A DNA stretch of 41,698 bases from Bacteroidota bacterium (GTDB lineage Bacteria; Bacteroidota; Bacteroidia; AKYH767-A; JABDAW01): positions 1 through 41,698 of the forward strand of contig JAHEYM010000002.1 in NCBI GenBank assembly GCA_023251595.1, in the 5' to 3' direction. A program made the position numbers and the translations under genes. The notes beneath the pieces were generated by a model, which saw only the letters and a list, made by a program, of their open reading frames with translations, searched no databases and was not told the DNA's origin. Every line of letters begins with the position of its first letter. The first letter of the stretch is position 1. Of this stretch, positions 7,595 to 16,830 are shown in pieces.

Positions 7595-9268
7595 ATGGAA
7601 GATTCAAAACCCGAAAAAGAAACACATCTTAATTTTATCGAAGAAATCATTGAAGAGGATTTGCGATCTGGCAAATACACTTCGATTCTTACTCGTTTTC
7701 CACCCGAGCCGAATGGATATTTGCATATCGGGCACTCCAAATCTATTTGGTTGAATTTTGGTGTCGCGAAAAAATATGGTGGAAAAACAAATCTCAGATT
7801 CGATGATACAAATCCTACCACAGAAGATGTTGAATATGTTGACAGCATAAAAAACGATATCAAATGGCTTGGTTACGAATGGGCGAATGAATTTTACGCA
7901 AGCGATTATTTCGGTCAATTATATGAATTCGCGCTCGTCCTTATCAGAAAAGGATTGGCGTATGTTGATGATTCTACTTCCGAAGAAATTGCAGCATCAA
8001 AAGGAACTCCTACCGAGCCTGGAAAAGACAGTAGAGACAGATTGCGATCTGTCTCCGAAAACGAAAATCTTTTTATCCGGATGAAAAACGGAGAATTTCC
8101 GGAAGGATCAAAAACATTACGTGCAAAAATTGATATGGCTGCAATAAATATGCACATGAGAGATCCGATTTTATATAGAATTAAATTCGCTTCACATCAT
8201 CGCACAAAAAACAAGTGGTGCATTTATCCGATGTATGATTTTGCCCACGGACAAAGTGACGCGATCGAAAATATCACACATTCAATTTGCACCTTGGAAT
8301 TTATTCCACACCGTGAATTATATGATTGGTTCATTGCCAATCTCGAATTATTTCCATCGAAACAATATGAGTTTGCAAGATTGAACCTTACGTACACCAT
8401 CATGAGTAAACGAAAACTTTTACAGTTGGTGAAAGAAAATCATGTGAATGGATGGGATGATCCGCGCATGCCAACGATCTCGGGCTTGCGTCGGCGTGGA
8501 TATACACCCGAGGCAATTCGCGAATTTTGTGAAAAAATCGGTGTAGTGAAAAGAGATAGTATTATCGATGTTTCGTTGTTGGAATTTTGTTTGAGAGAAC
8601 ATCTCAACAAAATCGCAGAACGAAGAATGGTGGTTTTTAATCCGTTGAGAGTGGTGATCACAAATTGGGAGGAAGGTATGATAGATGAACCCATTGCTGA
8701 GAATAATCCCGGGGATGAAAAGGCCGGAACACACACTATACCATTTTCCAAGTATATATATGTTGAGCAGGATGATTTCATGGAAATTCCTTCAAAAAAA
8801 TATTTCAGATTGGCACCGGGTCAAAGTGTGCGATTGAAGCATGCATATATAATTACCTGTAATGAAGTGATTAAAGATGCTGATGGAAACATTTCAGAAC
8901 TTCACTGTACTTACAATAAAGATAGCCGAAGCGGATCAGACACATCGGGATTGAAAGTTCAGGGAACGATTCAATGGGTGAGTATTGACCATGCTGTAAA
9001 TGTTGAAGTTCGTGAATATGAAAGATTATTTACCGCAGAAAATCTTGCTTTGGAAGAAGGCGATTTTAAAGAGTATTTAAATCCTGATAGTTTGAATATA
9101 ATTTCTAATGCGTATGCAGAACCTTACTTGGCAAAGGCTTCGGCTAATGAACGATTTCAGTTTTTGAGGAAAGGATATTATATTCTCGATAAAGATTCTG
9201 CCCCGGGGAAATTAGTCTTCAACAGAACGGTAACTTTGAAAGATACGTGGGCAAAGATGGCGAAATAA
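7595..9268 (+). CDS. glnS: Glutamine--tRNA ligase
   Basis: 557 aa. Contains FPPEPNGYLHIGHSKS (HIGH) and TIMSKRKL (KMSKS-type). The N-terminal NFIEEIIEEDL is typical of GlnRS. Confidence 0.95.
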   Translation: MEDSKPEKETHLNFIEEIIEEDLRSGKYTSILTRFPPEPNGYLHIGHSKSIWLNFGVAKKYGGKTNLRFDDTNPTTEDVEYVDSIKNDIKWLGYEWANEFYASDYFGQLYEFALVLIRKGLAYVDDSTSEEIAASKGTPTEPGKDSRDRLRSVSENENLFIRMKNGEFPEGSKTLRAKIDMAAINMHMRDPILYRIKFASHHRTKNKWCIYPMYDFAHGQSDAIENITHSICTLEFIPHRELYDWFIANLELFPSKQYEFARLNLTYTIMSKRKLLQLVKENHVNGWDDPRMPTISGLRRRGYTPEAIREFCEKIGVVKRDSIIDVSLLEFCLREHLNKIAERRMVVFNPLRVVITNWEEGMIDEPIAENNPGDEKAGTHTIPFSKYIYVEQDDFMEIPSKKYFRLAPGQSVRLKHAYIITCNEVIKDADGNISELHCTYNKDSRSGSDTSGLKVQGTIQWVSIDHAVNVEVREYERLFTAENLALEEGDFKEYLNPDSLNIISNAYAEPYLAKASANERFQFLRKGYYILDKDSAPGKLVFNRTVTLKDTWAKMAK

Positions 9269-9368
9269 CCCCATCCGTCCTTCGGACACCTTCCCCAAAT
9301 GGGGAAGAACAAGTACTGAGTTTTTCATTTTTTACCCTTCCCTTTTTGGGGAAGGGCAGGGATGGGGT
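9268..9368. repeat. Nested palindromic element (family 1, divergent copy) between convergent genes
   Basis: Outer arms ACCCCATCC (9268-9276) and GGATGGGGT (9360-9368) enclose two hairpins: CTTCCCC-aaat-GGGGAAG (9290-9307) and CCCTTCCC-ttttt-GGGGAAGGG (9335-9356). The element begins at the last base of the glnS stop codon. Confidence 0.7.
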
Positions 9369-9413
9369 AAGAGATGCAAAGCGTTTGTGGAAACCTATAG
9401 AAAAAGCAAAGTC

Positions 9414-10235
9414 TTATTGCTTCACTATTTTCACAGTTTCGTTTTTCTCTCCTTTAATATTCAGAAAATAAATTCCCGGTACAACATCTGAAACATCTAA
9501 TTGAGAATTTATTTCACCACAAACATTAAATGTTTTAATTATTCGGCCGGTGAGATCGGTGAGATTAATTTCTGTTAATGAGGAAATATTTTTCAGATGA
9601 ATATTTAATTTATCTGTTGCAGGATTTGGATATACACTGAATGCAGATTCGGATATTTCTTTTATTCCGACTGCACCAGCTTGCAAGACGAAATTATCAA
9701 GAGAAATCTGACCGGTTCCGCCGGTTACACCGACATTTACGGTGAGATAATTTGCAGCAACTGGCGCCTGAAAAACCAAATATTCGCCCGCCCATGAATT
9801 TACCAGTGGGGCAGTGAATGTGTGGAAGATCGTTCCCATCAATGTACTATCGGTCGAGACTCCAACATCGATTGGCGAAGAATTCGGTCCGCAATATCTT
9901 TTATCGAATGTTAAAGTGTACTGTGATCCCAAAGTAAGTGTTGTATTTATTTTCAGACTGAAAGCCAGATAGGGCCAGGTACCTCCGGCAGGTGAAGTGC
10001 GAACGAACCAATTTCCATTTGATGGTCCGCCACAGTTATCGGTCATAATCAGATCCATACTTCCACCGTCAACTTCCCAAGAATTGGAAACTGTCGTAGG
10101 CCAGCTTGCTTGTAAATCTGTGGTATTTGCTACTGCAGAGTTTGTTTCGAAACTTCCGTTGAGAAGCATATTTTGTGCATCGATTATTTGGGTTGAAACA
10201 AATGCGGTGACAAGAAGAGTGTATAGTTTTTTCAT
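9414..10235 (-). CDS. Secreted CBM-like protein with T9SS type-A C-terminal sorting domain
   Basis: Signal peptide MKKLYTLLVTAFVSTQIIDAQ. The NMLLNGSFE start is typical of CBM4/9-like jelly rolls. The C-terminus carries VYPNPATDKLNIHL...GIYFLNIKG. Confidence 0.8.
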   Translation of the reverse strand: MKKLYTLLVTAFVSTQIIDAQNMLLNGSFETNSAVANTTDLQASWPTTVSNSWEVDGGSMDLIMTDNCGGPSNGNWFVRTSPAGGTWPYLAFSLKINTTLTLGSQYTLTFDKRYCGPNSSPIDVGVSTDSTLMGTIFHTFTAPLVNSWAGEYLVFQAPVAANYLTVNVGVTGGTGQISLDNFVLQAGAVGIKEISESAFSVYPNPATDKLNIHLKNISSLTEINLTDLTGRIIKTFNVCGEINSQLDVSDVVPGIYFLNIKGEKNETVKIVKQ

Positions 10236-10255
10236 TTTATATCTGTTTATATTGG

Positions 10256-10263
10256 CAAAGATA
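10256..10263 (-). promoter_or_regulatory. -7 box TATCTTTG (minus) for the 9414..10235 gene
   Basis: The reverse complement of caaagata matches TAnnTTTG. It lies ~20 nt upstream of the ATG at 10235. Confidence 0.5.
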
Positions 10264-10343
10264 GGAAGATTATAAATTAGAAAAATTCGTTTTGGGAAGA
10301 ATGTTTTGGATTTTATAAGTAATCGTTGACTTGTAAGGAGGTT

Positions 10344-10374
10344 AATTTAGCTACAAAGACACGAAGGCACTAAG
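10344..10374 (+). repeat. Half unit (left arm only) of hairpin repeat family 2
   Basis: AATTTAGCTACAAAGACACGAAGGCACTAAG shares the head and octamers of the 37800-38131 units. It lies 2 nt from the stop codon of the 10377..12359 gene. Confidence 0.6.
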
Positions 10375-10376
10375 TA

Positions 10377-12359
10377 TTAGCGAAGCACAACAAACTTCCT
10401 TCTTCCTGTAAGAGCACCTGAGTCAACTTCAACAGAATAAATTCCGGGAGTAAAGTTTTCTGTGGAAATGACGATCTGAGAATTATTTATTGAAATCACT
10501 TTTTCATCAAGAGAAACAGGTCTTCCTAATAAATCAAAAATTGAAATTGCAAGTGAAGATTTTTCTATATCTTTTATCGAAATTGAAATTTGATTATTAG
10601 CCGGATTCGGGTATAGATTAATTTCCAAATTCGTTTCCGGAATTTGAGCAATTCCGATACTCAAAGAGATCACAGTTGTATCAAATACTCCCTGACTTAA
10701 ATTATAATAACTACCACCACCACTTAATTCGTTTTTCACAGCACGTACCATGTAATAGTTCCGATTATTATTTGGAAACGAATCTATATAGTTAAGACCG
10801 GTAATGAGTGCTGGATTAATTCTTGTGTAAAATCCTGAAACGGTATCTAAACGATAGGCATAATATCCGAGAACCGAATCGGGCGATGCATTCCATTGCA
10901 AAGCTACTTGATTAATTAATGGAGTTGCAGTTAAACTATCGGCAGTATAAACTGTATGTAATCGCAGTGAAGGATCTCCCATTAACGCGATGTGAGAAAA
11001 TGTTGCGGCATAATTATATAAATAGGTTGAATTATTATTTTGTGAAAGTCGGGCAGAATAACCGATGCATTCACCCAATTCCATGTGGTCCATAATCCAG
11101 TAAGGACGACCGCTCCAGCAACTTGTCAATGTCCACCCTGAAGCAGCTAGTGGCGCACGAAGAAAATTATTCTGACTATCCCAATCGCCGAAATAACTTC
11201 CGAACAACATCGTGAAAACAGATTTTGGATTATGAATTGTGAAGTCGCTTGTGACACCGATTCCTCCGCATGATGTGTATGATCCACCACCGCAACCATA
11301 AGAACATATATAATCTGCAGTATCGAGGGTAGTCAAATAATCATTTGCGAAAACGTTTTGTTTTCCGAACATCGCGAAGAAATTTCTCCATCCACTTGCA
11401 GCAAAAGCTTCACCTGAAAAATAACCAAAATTATCGTCGATTAATCCACGACGTGTTGCAACAAAATTCTTGTGTTTATAATTATGATCGCGAACTAAAT
11501 ATTGCCGAAGTAATTCCTGTTCATTCAGTGCAAATGCCGGCATATTCGATAAATCAACTCTTCCTACCTGTAACTCTACTGCGTTATTTGGACCGGGAAG
11601 TAAGCTCTGATCAAATTTTCCATCTCCAGGAATATTCTGATTCTGCGGTCTTGAAGCTGCGGCATCATTCACCGTAACATCTGTCCAATTCGTATCGAGA
11701 TCGGCATAATACACATCGGCAGGCCATGCGCCAAGATGGTCGGGGTGACCATCAGGATTAATATCACCGGAATATGGAACAGGCACATGTCCGAATAAAA
11801 ACACGGAATTGACATGTGTCGGATCTGCTAAATAGTCGTTCCATATTAATGATTTTATTGCGGGAGGTGCATCACTTGGACTTACATCATGTCGAATAAC
11901 TTTCCACCCGTCGCCAATTAAATCTAATTCAAGTGTATTTAATTCCGTTGACAATGAATCTGAAAATGTGCTATCAACAATTAATACCATTGCCCCGCGT
12001 GTTTCGATAGCGGGCGTTTGAATTCCCGCATATATATATGTATAGGAACCGATGCTTCCTGATTTATAAATCCTATATTCATAGTCGCCACCCACAATAA
12101 CTGCCGTGTCGGTATAATGTGTAGCGGTTGAAGTAAGGGTAGCCCTCGGAGGACCCCAGGAATATGCAGACTTCGTTTTTCTATATATAATAAAATTTAC
12201 GGCACCCGGAATGGTGTCCCATGTAAATGTAATTGTTGGCGGTGAAACTGTGATTGTAGTCGTAACCGGCACCGTTACATCGACAGAATTTTGGGCACGA
12301 CCTTCAGAAACCATCAAAAACGTGAAAAATGAAATCAGAGAACAAGTAATTTTTTTCAT
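10377..12359 (-). CDS. Large secreted protein with Fn3-like domain(s) and T9SS type-A C-terminal sorting domain
   Basis: The likely start is ATG 12359 (MKKITCSLISFFTFLMVSEGRAQ signal peptide), because a -7 box sits inside the ORF-track extension to 12386. The C-terminus carries LYPNPANNQISISI...GIYSVEVDSG. The central region (FLFGHVPVPYSG, VGRVDLSNMP) loosely recalls a gingipain/C25-like architecture; this is unverified. Confidence 0.8.
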   Translation of the reverse strand: MKKITCSLISFFTFLMVSEGRAQNSVDVTVPVTTTITVSPPTITFTWDTIPGAVNFIIYRKTKSAYSWGPPRATLTSTATHYTDTAVIVGGDYEYRIYKSGSIGSYTYIYAGIQTPAIETRGAMVLIVDSTFSDSLSTELNTLELDLIGDGWKVIRHDVSPSDAPPAIKSLIWNDYLADPTHVNSVFLFGHVPVPYSGDINPDGHPDHLGAWPADVYYADLDTNWTDVTVNDAAASRPQNQNIPGDGKFDQSLLPGPNNAVELQVGRVDLSNMPAFALNEQELLRQYLVRDHNYKHKNFVATRRGLIDDNFGYFSGEAFAASGWRNFFAMFGKQNVFANDYLTTLDTADYICSYGCGGGSYTSCGGIGVTSDFTIHNPKSVFTMLFGSYFGDWDSQNNFLRAPLAASGWTLTSCWSGRPYWIMDHMELGECIGYSARLSQNNNSTYLYNYAATFSHIALMGDPSLRLHTVYTADSLTATPLINQVALQWNASPDSVLGYYAYRLDTVSGFYTRINPALITGLNYIDSFPNNNRNYYMVRAVKNELSGGGSYYNLSQGVFDTTVISLSIGIAQIPETNLEINLYPNPANNQISISIKDIEKSSLAISIFDLLGRPVSLDEKVISINNSQIVISTENFTPGIYSVEVDSGALTGRRKFVVLR

Positions 12360-12383
12360 TTGAGATGCGTAATTAACGAATTC

Positions 12384-12391
12384 CAAAAGTA
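12384..12391 (-). promoter_or_regulatory. -7 box TACTTTTG (minus) for the 10377..12359 gene
   Basis: The reverse complement of caaaagta matches TAnnTTTG. It lies 25 nt upstream of ATG 12359. Confidence 0.5.
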
Positions 12392-12475
12392 CGGAAACTA
12401 AAGAGAAAGAGCTAAAATTTTGTAATAAAAAAGAAAAGTTTCAACTTTGTATTACAATCGTCTAAAAAACCCTCA

Positions 12476-13423
12476 ATGAAGAAGATTTTTACCCTCGTCT
12501 TGTTCTTGTTTTGTACAAAGATAATAAGTGCCCAAACATTTATTTGGGATAGAGAGCATAAGTGCCGGATGTTTATCAATGCTCCCGATTCTGTAAGCGG
12601 TAATTTTTATTTTCTTTACACCGGGAATTGTGTGGATGGGTATCTTTCCGGTCAGAATGAATCGAAAGTTTATTATAAGGATAAAAAAACCGGGACCTAC
12701 ACGGGGAATTTTGTGATGGGAAAGATTAATGGACAAGGGAAGTTCGAGAAAGATACTATATATTCTTACGTTGGCGAATTCAAAGACGGGCAATATGATG
12801 GTTTTGGCAAATCGACGACGAGGAACACCAATGAATATTCCGGAGAATTTAAAAACAATATGATGGAAGGTAAGGGTACATATACCTGGATGAACCGTCT
12901 TAACGGAAGAGTATATGCAAAATATGATGGTGAATTTTCCAAAGGAGGTTTTAGTGGGAAAGGGAAATACAACAAATTCGCTGATGTAGGTGTACAAGAC
13001 ATTATTTATACTGTTGATTTAGACCTCGAAAATGGCAAATCACTTGGTGATGCGACGATAAAATATCTGTATTGGAACGACTACCAAAAGATTGATAAAT
13101 ATGTGGGACAAATAAAGAATATGGATGTTATGTATGGGAAAGGAATAATTTATTATCATAACGGAGACAGATTCGAAGGGGAATTGAGAAATGATTCTTT
13201 GACCAATGGAACGATGTATTTTGCGAACGACGAGAAATACATCGGTGAATTCCAAGACCAGAAATCCAACGGGAAAGGGATATATTATTATAAAAATGGT
13301 GATCGGTTTGAAGGTAAATTTAGTGAAGGAAAGAAAGATGTTGAATTGGGTGTTTTCTATTTTGCCAAAGGCGACAGATATGAGGGAAATGGAAAGGAAC
13401 CTGGAGTTCAGAACCGGGCATAA
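12476..13423 (+). CDS. MORN-repeat protein, N-terminal part (appears interrupted by a frameshift)
   Basis: Signal peptide MKKIFTLVLFLFCTKIISAQ. MORN units recur, e.g. YVGEFKDGQYDGFGK, GDRFEGELRND, YIGEFQDQKSNGKGIYYYKNGDRFEGKF. Confidence 0.8.
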   Translation: MKKIFTLVLFLFCTKIISAQTFIWDREHKCRMFINAPDSVSGNFYFLYTGNCVDGYLSGQNESKVYYKDKKTGTYTGNFVMGKINGQGKFEKDTIYSYVGEFKDGQYDGFGKSTTRNTNEYSGEFKNNMMEGKGTYTWMNRLNGRVYAKYDGEFSKGGFSGKGKYNKFADVGVQDIIYTVDLDLENGKSLGDATIKYLYWNDYQKIDKYVGQIKNMDVMYGKGIIYYHNGDRFEGELRNDSLTNGTMYFANDEKYIGEFQDQKSNGKGIYYYKNGDRFEGKFSEGKKDVELGVFYFAKGDRYEGNGKEPGVQNRA

Positions 13424-13881
13424 TATACTATAAAAGCGGAACGACTGAAAAAGGACATCTCGAAGAGAATGTGTTTTTTAAGGAGGGAACAACAGGTCGG
13501 GAGGTGGACGATGTATTATCGAAGCCAACGTTTGACGACGAGAGAGAATTTAAAAACAGAAGCGATGCAATTAATTATCTGATTGAGACACTCGTTTTTT
13601 TTGATGTTGAAGACGGGCAAAGGTATAACTATGTTAACACCAACAAAGACGGAATTGTATTTCAAATCGGTAACGATAACACGAATCGCGTACGAATGGA
13701 ATGGTACGGAATGAGTGTAAGTCATACGGAAGCGAATGGGGTTACAAAAGTAACTGTTTCAGGAAAACTTTATAATATGTTTGTGAACGTCTTAAAGGAT
13801 GCGGGGCGGACAACGGTGACATTCACTGTGAACAAAAACAATCTGGCTAAAGTACTTCGTGCATTCAACTATAAGGACTAA
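13384..13881 (+). pseudogene. Continuation of the MORN-repeat gene in another frame (track ORF 13471..13881 starts at GTG)
   Basis: This frame is open from 13384 and reads GKWKGTWSSEPGIIYYKSGTTEKG, which continues the MORN periodicity of the upstream ORF. There is no ATG start. Confidence 0.55.
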
Positions 13882-13895
13882 ATTAAATTTTTTCT

Positions 13896-13903
13896 TACCT
13901 TTG
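13896..13903 (+). promoter_or_regulatory. -7 box TACCTTTG upstream of the small His/Cys-rich ORF
   Basis: Matches TAnnTTTG and ends 5 nt before the GTG at 13909. Confidence 0.45.
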
Positions 13904-13908
13904 CACTT

Positions 13909-14226
13909 GTGAAAAGCAAATTAAGGCGGATTTTCGGGATTCTTGCAATCCTTGTCTTCCTCACCCCGTACGTGGGAGAAGGTCTTCACAGCTTCGAGCA
14001 TAAAGATTCGGTTCATTGCTCTTCTGAGGCAAAACATATTCATACTCTTCAACATCATTGCTCGGTTTGCGATTATGCTCCGTGTTTTTCAATATTGAGT
14101 GTTGAAGAAGAAAATCATTTTTGGATTGCCCAGATTTCAGTTTTTGAAAGTTTTGCTTTTGAAAAAGAATATTTTCCAATTTATCATTCATTTTCACTTT
14201 TACGCGCCCCGCCCGCTAATAGCTGA
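13909..14226 (+). CDS. Small membrane-anchored His/Cys-rich protein
   Basis: 105 aa with a GTG start. It has an N-terminal TM segment IFGILAILVFLTPYV, then HSFEHKDSVHCSSEAKHIHTLQHHCSVCDYAPC. It lies directly upstream of a TonB-dependent receptor. Confidence 0.5.
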   Translation: MKSKLRRIFGILAILVFLTPYVGEGLHSFEHKDSVHCSSEAKHIHTLQHHCSVCDYAPCFSILSVEEENHFWIAQISVFESFAFEKEYFPIYHSFSLLRAPPANS

Positions 14227-14238
14227 TTTTATATTAAA

Positions 14239-14300
14239 CTTCGTGCCTTTGTGTCTTCGTGGCAAAAACAAATAGGCTGCGAAGACGCAAAGACGCCAAG
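14239..14300. repeat. Hairpin repeat family 2 copy (arms in swapped order)
   Basis: CTTCGTGCCTTTGTGTCTTCGTGGC, a 12-nt A-rich loop, then GCTGCGAAGACGCAAAGACGCCAAG. About 25 positions pair, counting G-U wobbles and 2 mismatches. Confidence 0.65.
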
Positions 14301-14340
14301 AAGGGAAACAAACAATTTTACTTACAATTAAAATTTAGAA

Positions 14341-16830
14341 ATGGAAAAGAAACGAATATTCGTTATCTATATATTTATCGTTTTTGCAGTATTTTCAACC
14401 GGAGTTCAGGCGGGTCCCGGAAAGACAAGTCTTTCGGGAAAAATTACGGATGCAAAAACGGGCGAAGCGCTTACAGGCGTGAGCGTTTATGTGCCCGAAT
14501 TGCAAGCCGGTGCCATCTCAGATCTGGATGGAAAATATTTGGTTGAAAATCTTCCGCAAATAAAAATTCTGATACAACTTAGTTTTGTTGGTTACACAAC
14601 AATTCTTGATACGGTAGATTTATTGGTGTTAACACACAAGGATTATAAAATGGAAATTTCTGTGAGACAGATTCACGTTTTCACGGTGACAGGTACCTCC
14701 GAGGCAACAGAAATAAAACGTGATGCGAAACCTATTACACTCGTCGATAAACTCCAACTTCAACAAACAGCATCAACAAATATTGTGGATGCTATTTCAA
14801 AAACGCCTGGAATAAATGCTGTGACAACAGGTCCGAATGTATCCAAACCATTTATTCGCGGATTAGGGTTTAATCGCATTCTCACACTCTATGACGGTAG
14901 TCGGCAGGAAGGGCAACAATGGGGCGATGAACATGGAATTGAAGTGGATGAATATGCGGTCGATCGTGTAGAGGTGGTGAAAGGTCCGGCGAGTCTTACG
15001 TACGGTTCTGATGCGCTTGCGGGTGTGGTGAATTTACTTACCCCAAAACCACCAGCGAATAATACTATAAATGGCGAGCTATTGTCGAACTATCAATCAA
15101 ACAACGGACTGACAGCAATATCAGGATCATTTGCAGGAAATAAAAGCGGTTTTATTTTCGGGGGAAGAGGTGCTTATAAAATGGCAAAAGATTATCAAAA
15201 TAAATATGACGGACGGGTCTATAACACAGGATTTTCGGAGCGAGATGCCGATGGTTTTCTGGGATTGAACCGACATTGGGGTTTTACAAGATTGAATTTT
15301 TCTATATTCGATGATCTTCAGGAAATTCCCGATGGAAGTCGCGATTCCGTTACTAGAAAATTTACCAAACAAATAAGCGAAGACGATACACTGCGACCTA
15401 TTGTGTCGGAGAGCGATTTAAATTCATATGCGATTTCACCACTTCATCAACACGTTCAGCATTATAGAATATATTCTTCATCGAATCTTATTTTGGGGAA
15501 GACTAAATTGTCTGTCAATTTTGGATATCAACTCAATCATAGGCAGGAATTTTCTCATCCTGTTCTAAGTGATATTCCCGGTCTCGATCTGCAATTGCAG
15601 ACATGGAATTATGACCTGAAATTCTCGTTCCCAAAATGGAAAGGATTTGAAACATGTGCGGGTATTAATGGAATGATTCAGAACAATCAAAATAAAGGAA
15701 CTGAATTTATTATCCCTGATTATAATCTCATGGATATCGGGCCTTTTATATACATAAAAAAAGCTATTAAAAGATTTGATCTAAGTGGCGGAGTACGTCT
15801 TGACACACGAACATTTAACATGAAACAAATGTTTGTTTCGACCAATCCCATAACAGGCTTTGATATGCAAACGAACGCGATGGATTCTTCGGGAACAGAG
15901 ATGTTTTACGCAGGAAGGCACGTGTTCAATGGCGTTTCCGGAAGTGTGGGCGCGACTTTTAATATCACGGATGAATTTCTTCTTAAAGCAAATATTGCAC
16001 GTGGATTCAGAACACCAAACATTGCTGAACTCTCCGCAAATGGTGTTCATCCCGGAACGAATATTTATCAATTAGGAAATACGCACTTCTTACCCGAGTT
16101 CAGTTTGCAGGAAGATTTTGGAATGTTTCTCACGAAAGATCATCTTAAACTTAGCGCAGAAGTTTTTGTCAATAACATTACCAACTATATATATAACGAA
16201 AAACTACTGAGCTCATCAGGCAGTGATTCTATCATCGTTCCGGGAAATCAAACCTTTCAATTTCAGGCGGCACGTGCTCAATTATTGGGTGGTGAATTAA
16301 TCATCGACATTCACCCGCATCCCCTCGACTGGCTGCATTTTGAAAACGGAATTTCAATTATATATGCAGAGAATAAAGGAATACCCGGAAGACTCATTAC
16401 CGACAGTTCGAAGTATCTTCCGTTCATTCCGCCGGCTCATCTTCACACTGAAATTCGTGGGGAAAGAAAAAAGAAAATCAGGTTTCTTTCAAATGCGTAT
16501 GCCTCGGTTGAAATGGAAATGTATGCAAAACAGAATCGTGTATATAAAGCATTTGATACTGAAACGGAGACGCCCGGTTATGTTATTTTCGGAGCGGGAA
16601 TCGGTTCGGGCATCGTGAATAAAAAAGGCAAAACGGTTGCGAATATTTTTATCAATGCCTCAAACCTCACAGATGTGGCATATCAGGCACATCTCAGCCG
16701 GTTAAAATATTTCGAACAATATCCGGACACTCCTTCCGGCAGAAGTGGCATCTATAATATGGGTAGAAATATTTCGGTGAAAGTTACATTGCCGTTGGAT
16801 TTTAAGAAGGTCGTCGTTCCTGGAACGTAA
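14341..16830 (+). CDS. TonB-dependent receptor with N-terminal carboxypeptidase-regulatory-like domain
   Basis: 829 aa with a signal peptide. SGKITDAKTGEALTGVSVYV is a CarbopepD_reg-like segment. Plug motifs DAISKTPGINAV and IRGLGFNRILTLYDG are present, followed by a long beta-barrel region. Confidence 0.9.
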   Translation: MEKKRIFVIYIFIVFAVFSTGVQAGPGKTSLSGKITDAKTGEALTGVSVYVPELQAGAISDLDGKYLVENLPQIKILIQLSFVGYTTILDTVDLLVLTHKDYKMEISVRQIHVFTVTGTSEATEIKRDAKPITLVDKLQLQQTASTNIVDAISKTPGINAVTTGPNVSKPFIRGLGFNRILTLYDGSRQEGQQWGDEHGIEVDEYAVDRVEVVKGPASLTYGSDALAGVVNLLTPKPPANNTINGELLSNYQSNNGLTAISGSFAGNKSGFIFGGRGAYKMAKDYQNKYDGRVYNTGFSERDADGFLGLNRHWGFTRLNFSIFDDLQEIPDGSRDSVTRKFTKQISEDDTLRPIVSESDLNSYAISPLHQHVQHYRIYSSSNLILGKTKLSVNFGYQLNHRQEFSHPVLSDIPGLDLQLQTWNYDLKFSFPKWKGFETCAGINGMIQNNQNKGTEFIIPDYNLMDIGPFIYIKKAIKRFDLSGGVRLDTRTFNMKQMFVSTNPITGFDMQTNAMDSSGTEMFYAGRHVFNGVSGSVGATFNITDEFLLKANIARGFRTPNIAELSANGVHPGTNIYQLGNTHFLPEFSLQEDFGMFLTKDHLKLSAEVFVNNITNYIYNEKLLSSSGSDSIIVPGNQTFQFQAARAQLLGGELIIDIHPHPLDWLHFENGISIIYAENKGIPGRLITDSSKYLPFIPPAHLHTEIRGERKKKIRFLSNAYASVEMEMYAKQNRVYKAFDTETETPGYVIFGAGIGSGIVNKKGKTVANIFINASNLTDVAYQAHLSRLKYFEQYPDTPSGRSGIYNMGRNISVKVTLPLDFKKVVVPGT

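Noticed and set aside
7582-8781. Several 70-113-aa ORFs antisense to, or out of frame within, glnS
   Set aside because: glnS is intact and strongly supported across this span. These ORFs have no independent signals.
9247-9471. 74-aa ORF spanning the glnS 3' end and the intergenic region
   Set aside because: It is composed of the translated nested palindrome (PSPNGEE, PFLGKGRDG) and overlaps two convergent real genes.
12473-12997. 174-aa ORF antisense to the MORN-repeat gene
   Set aside because: It lies entirely within, and opposite to, a gene with clear repeat motifs and a signal peptide. It has no motifs of its own and is a typical shadow ORF.
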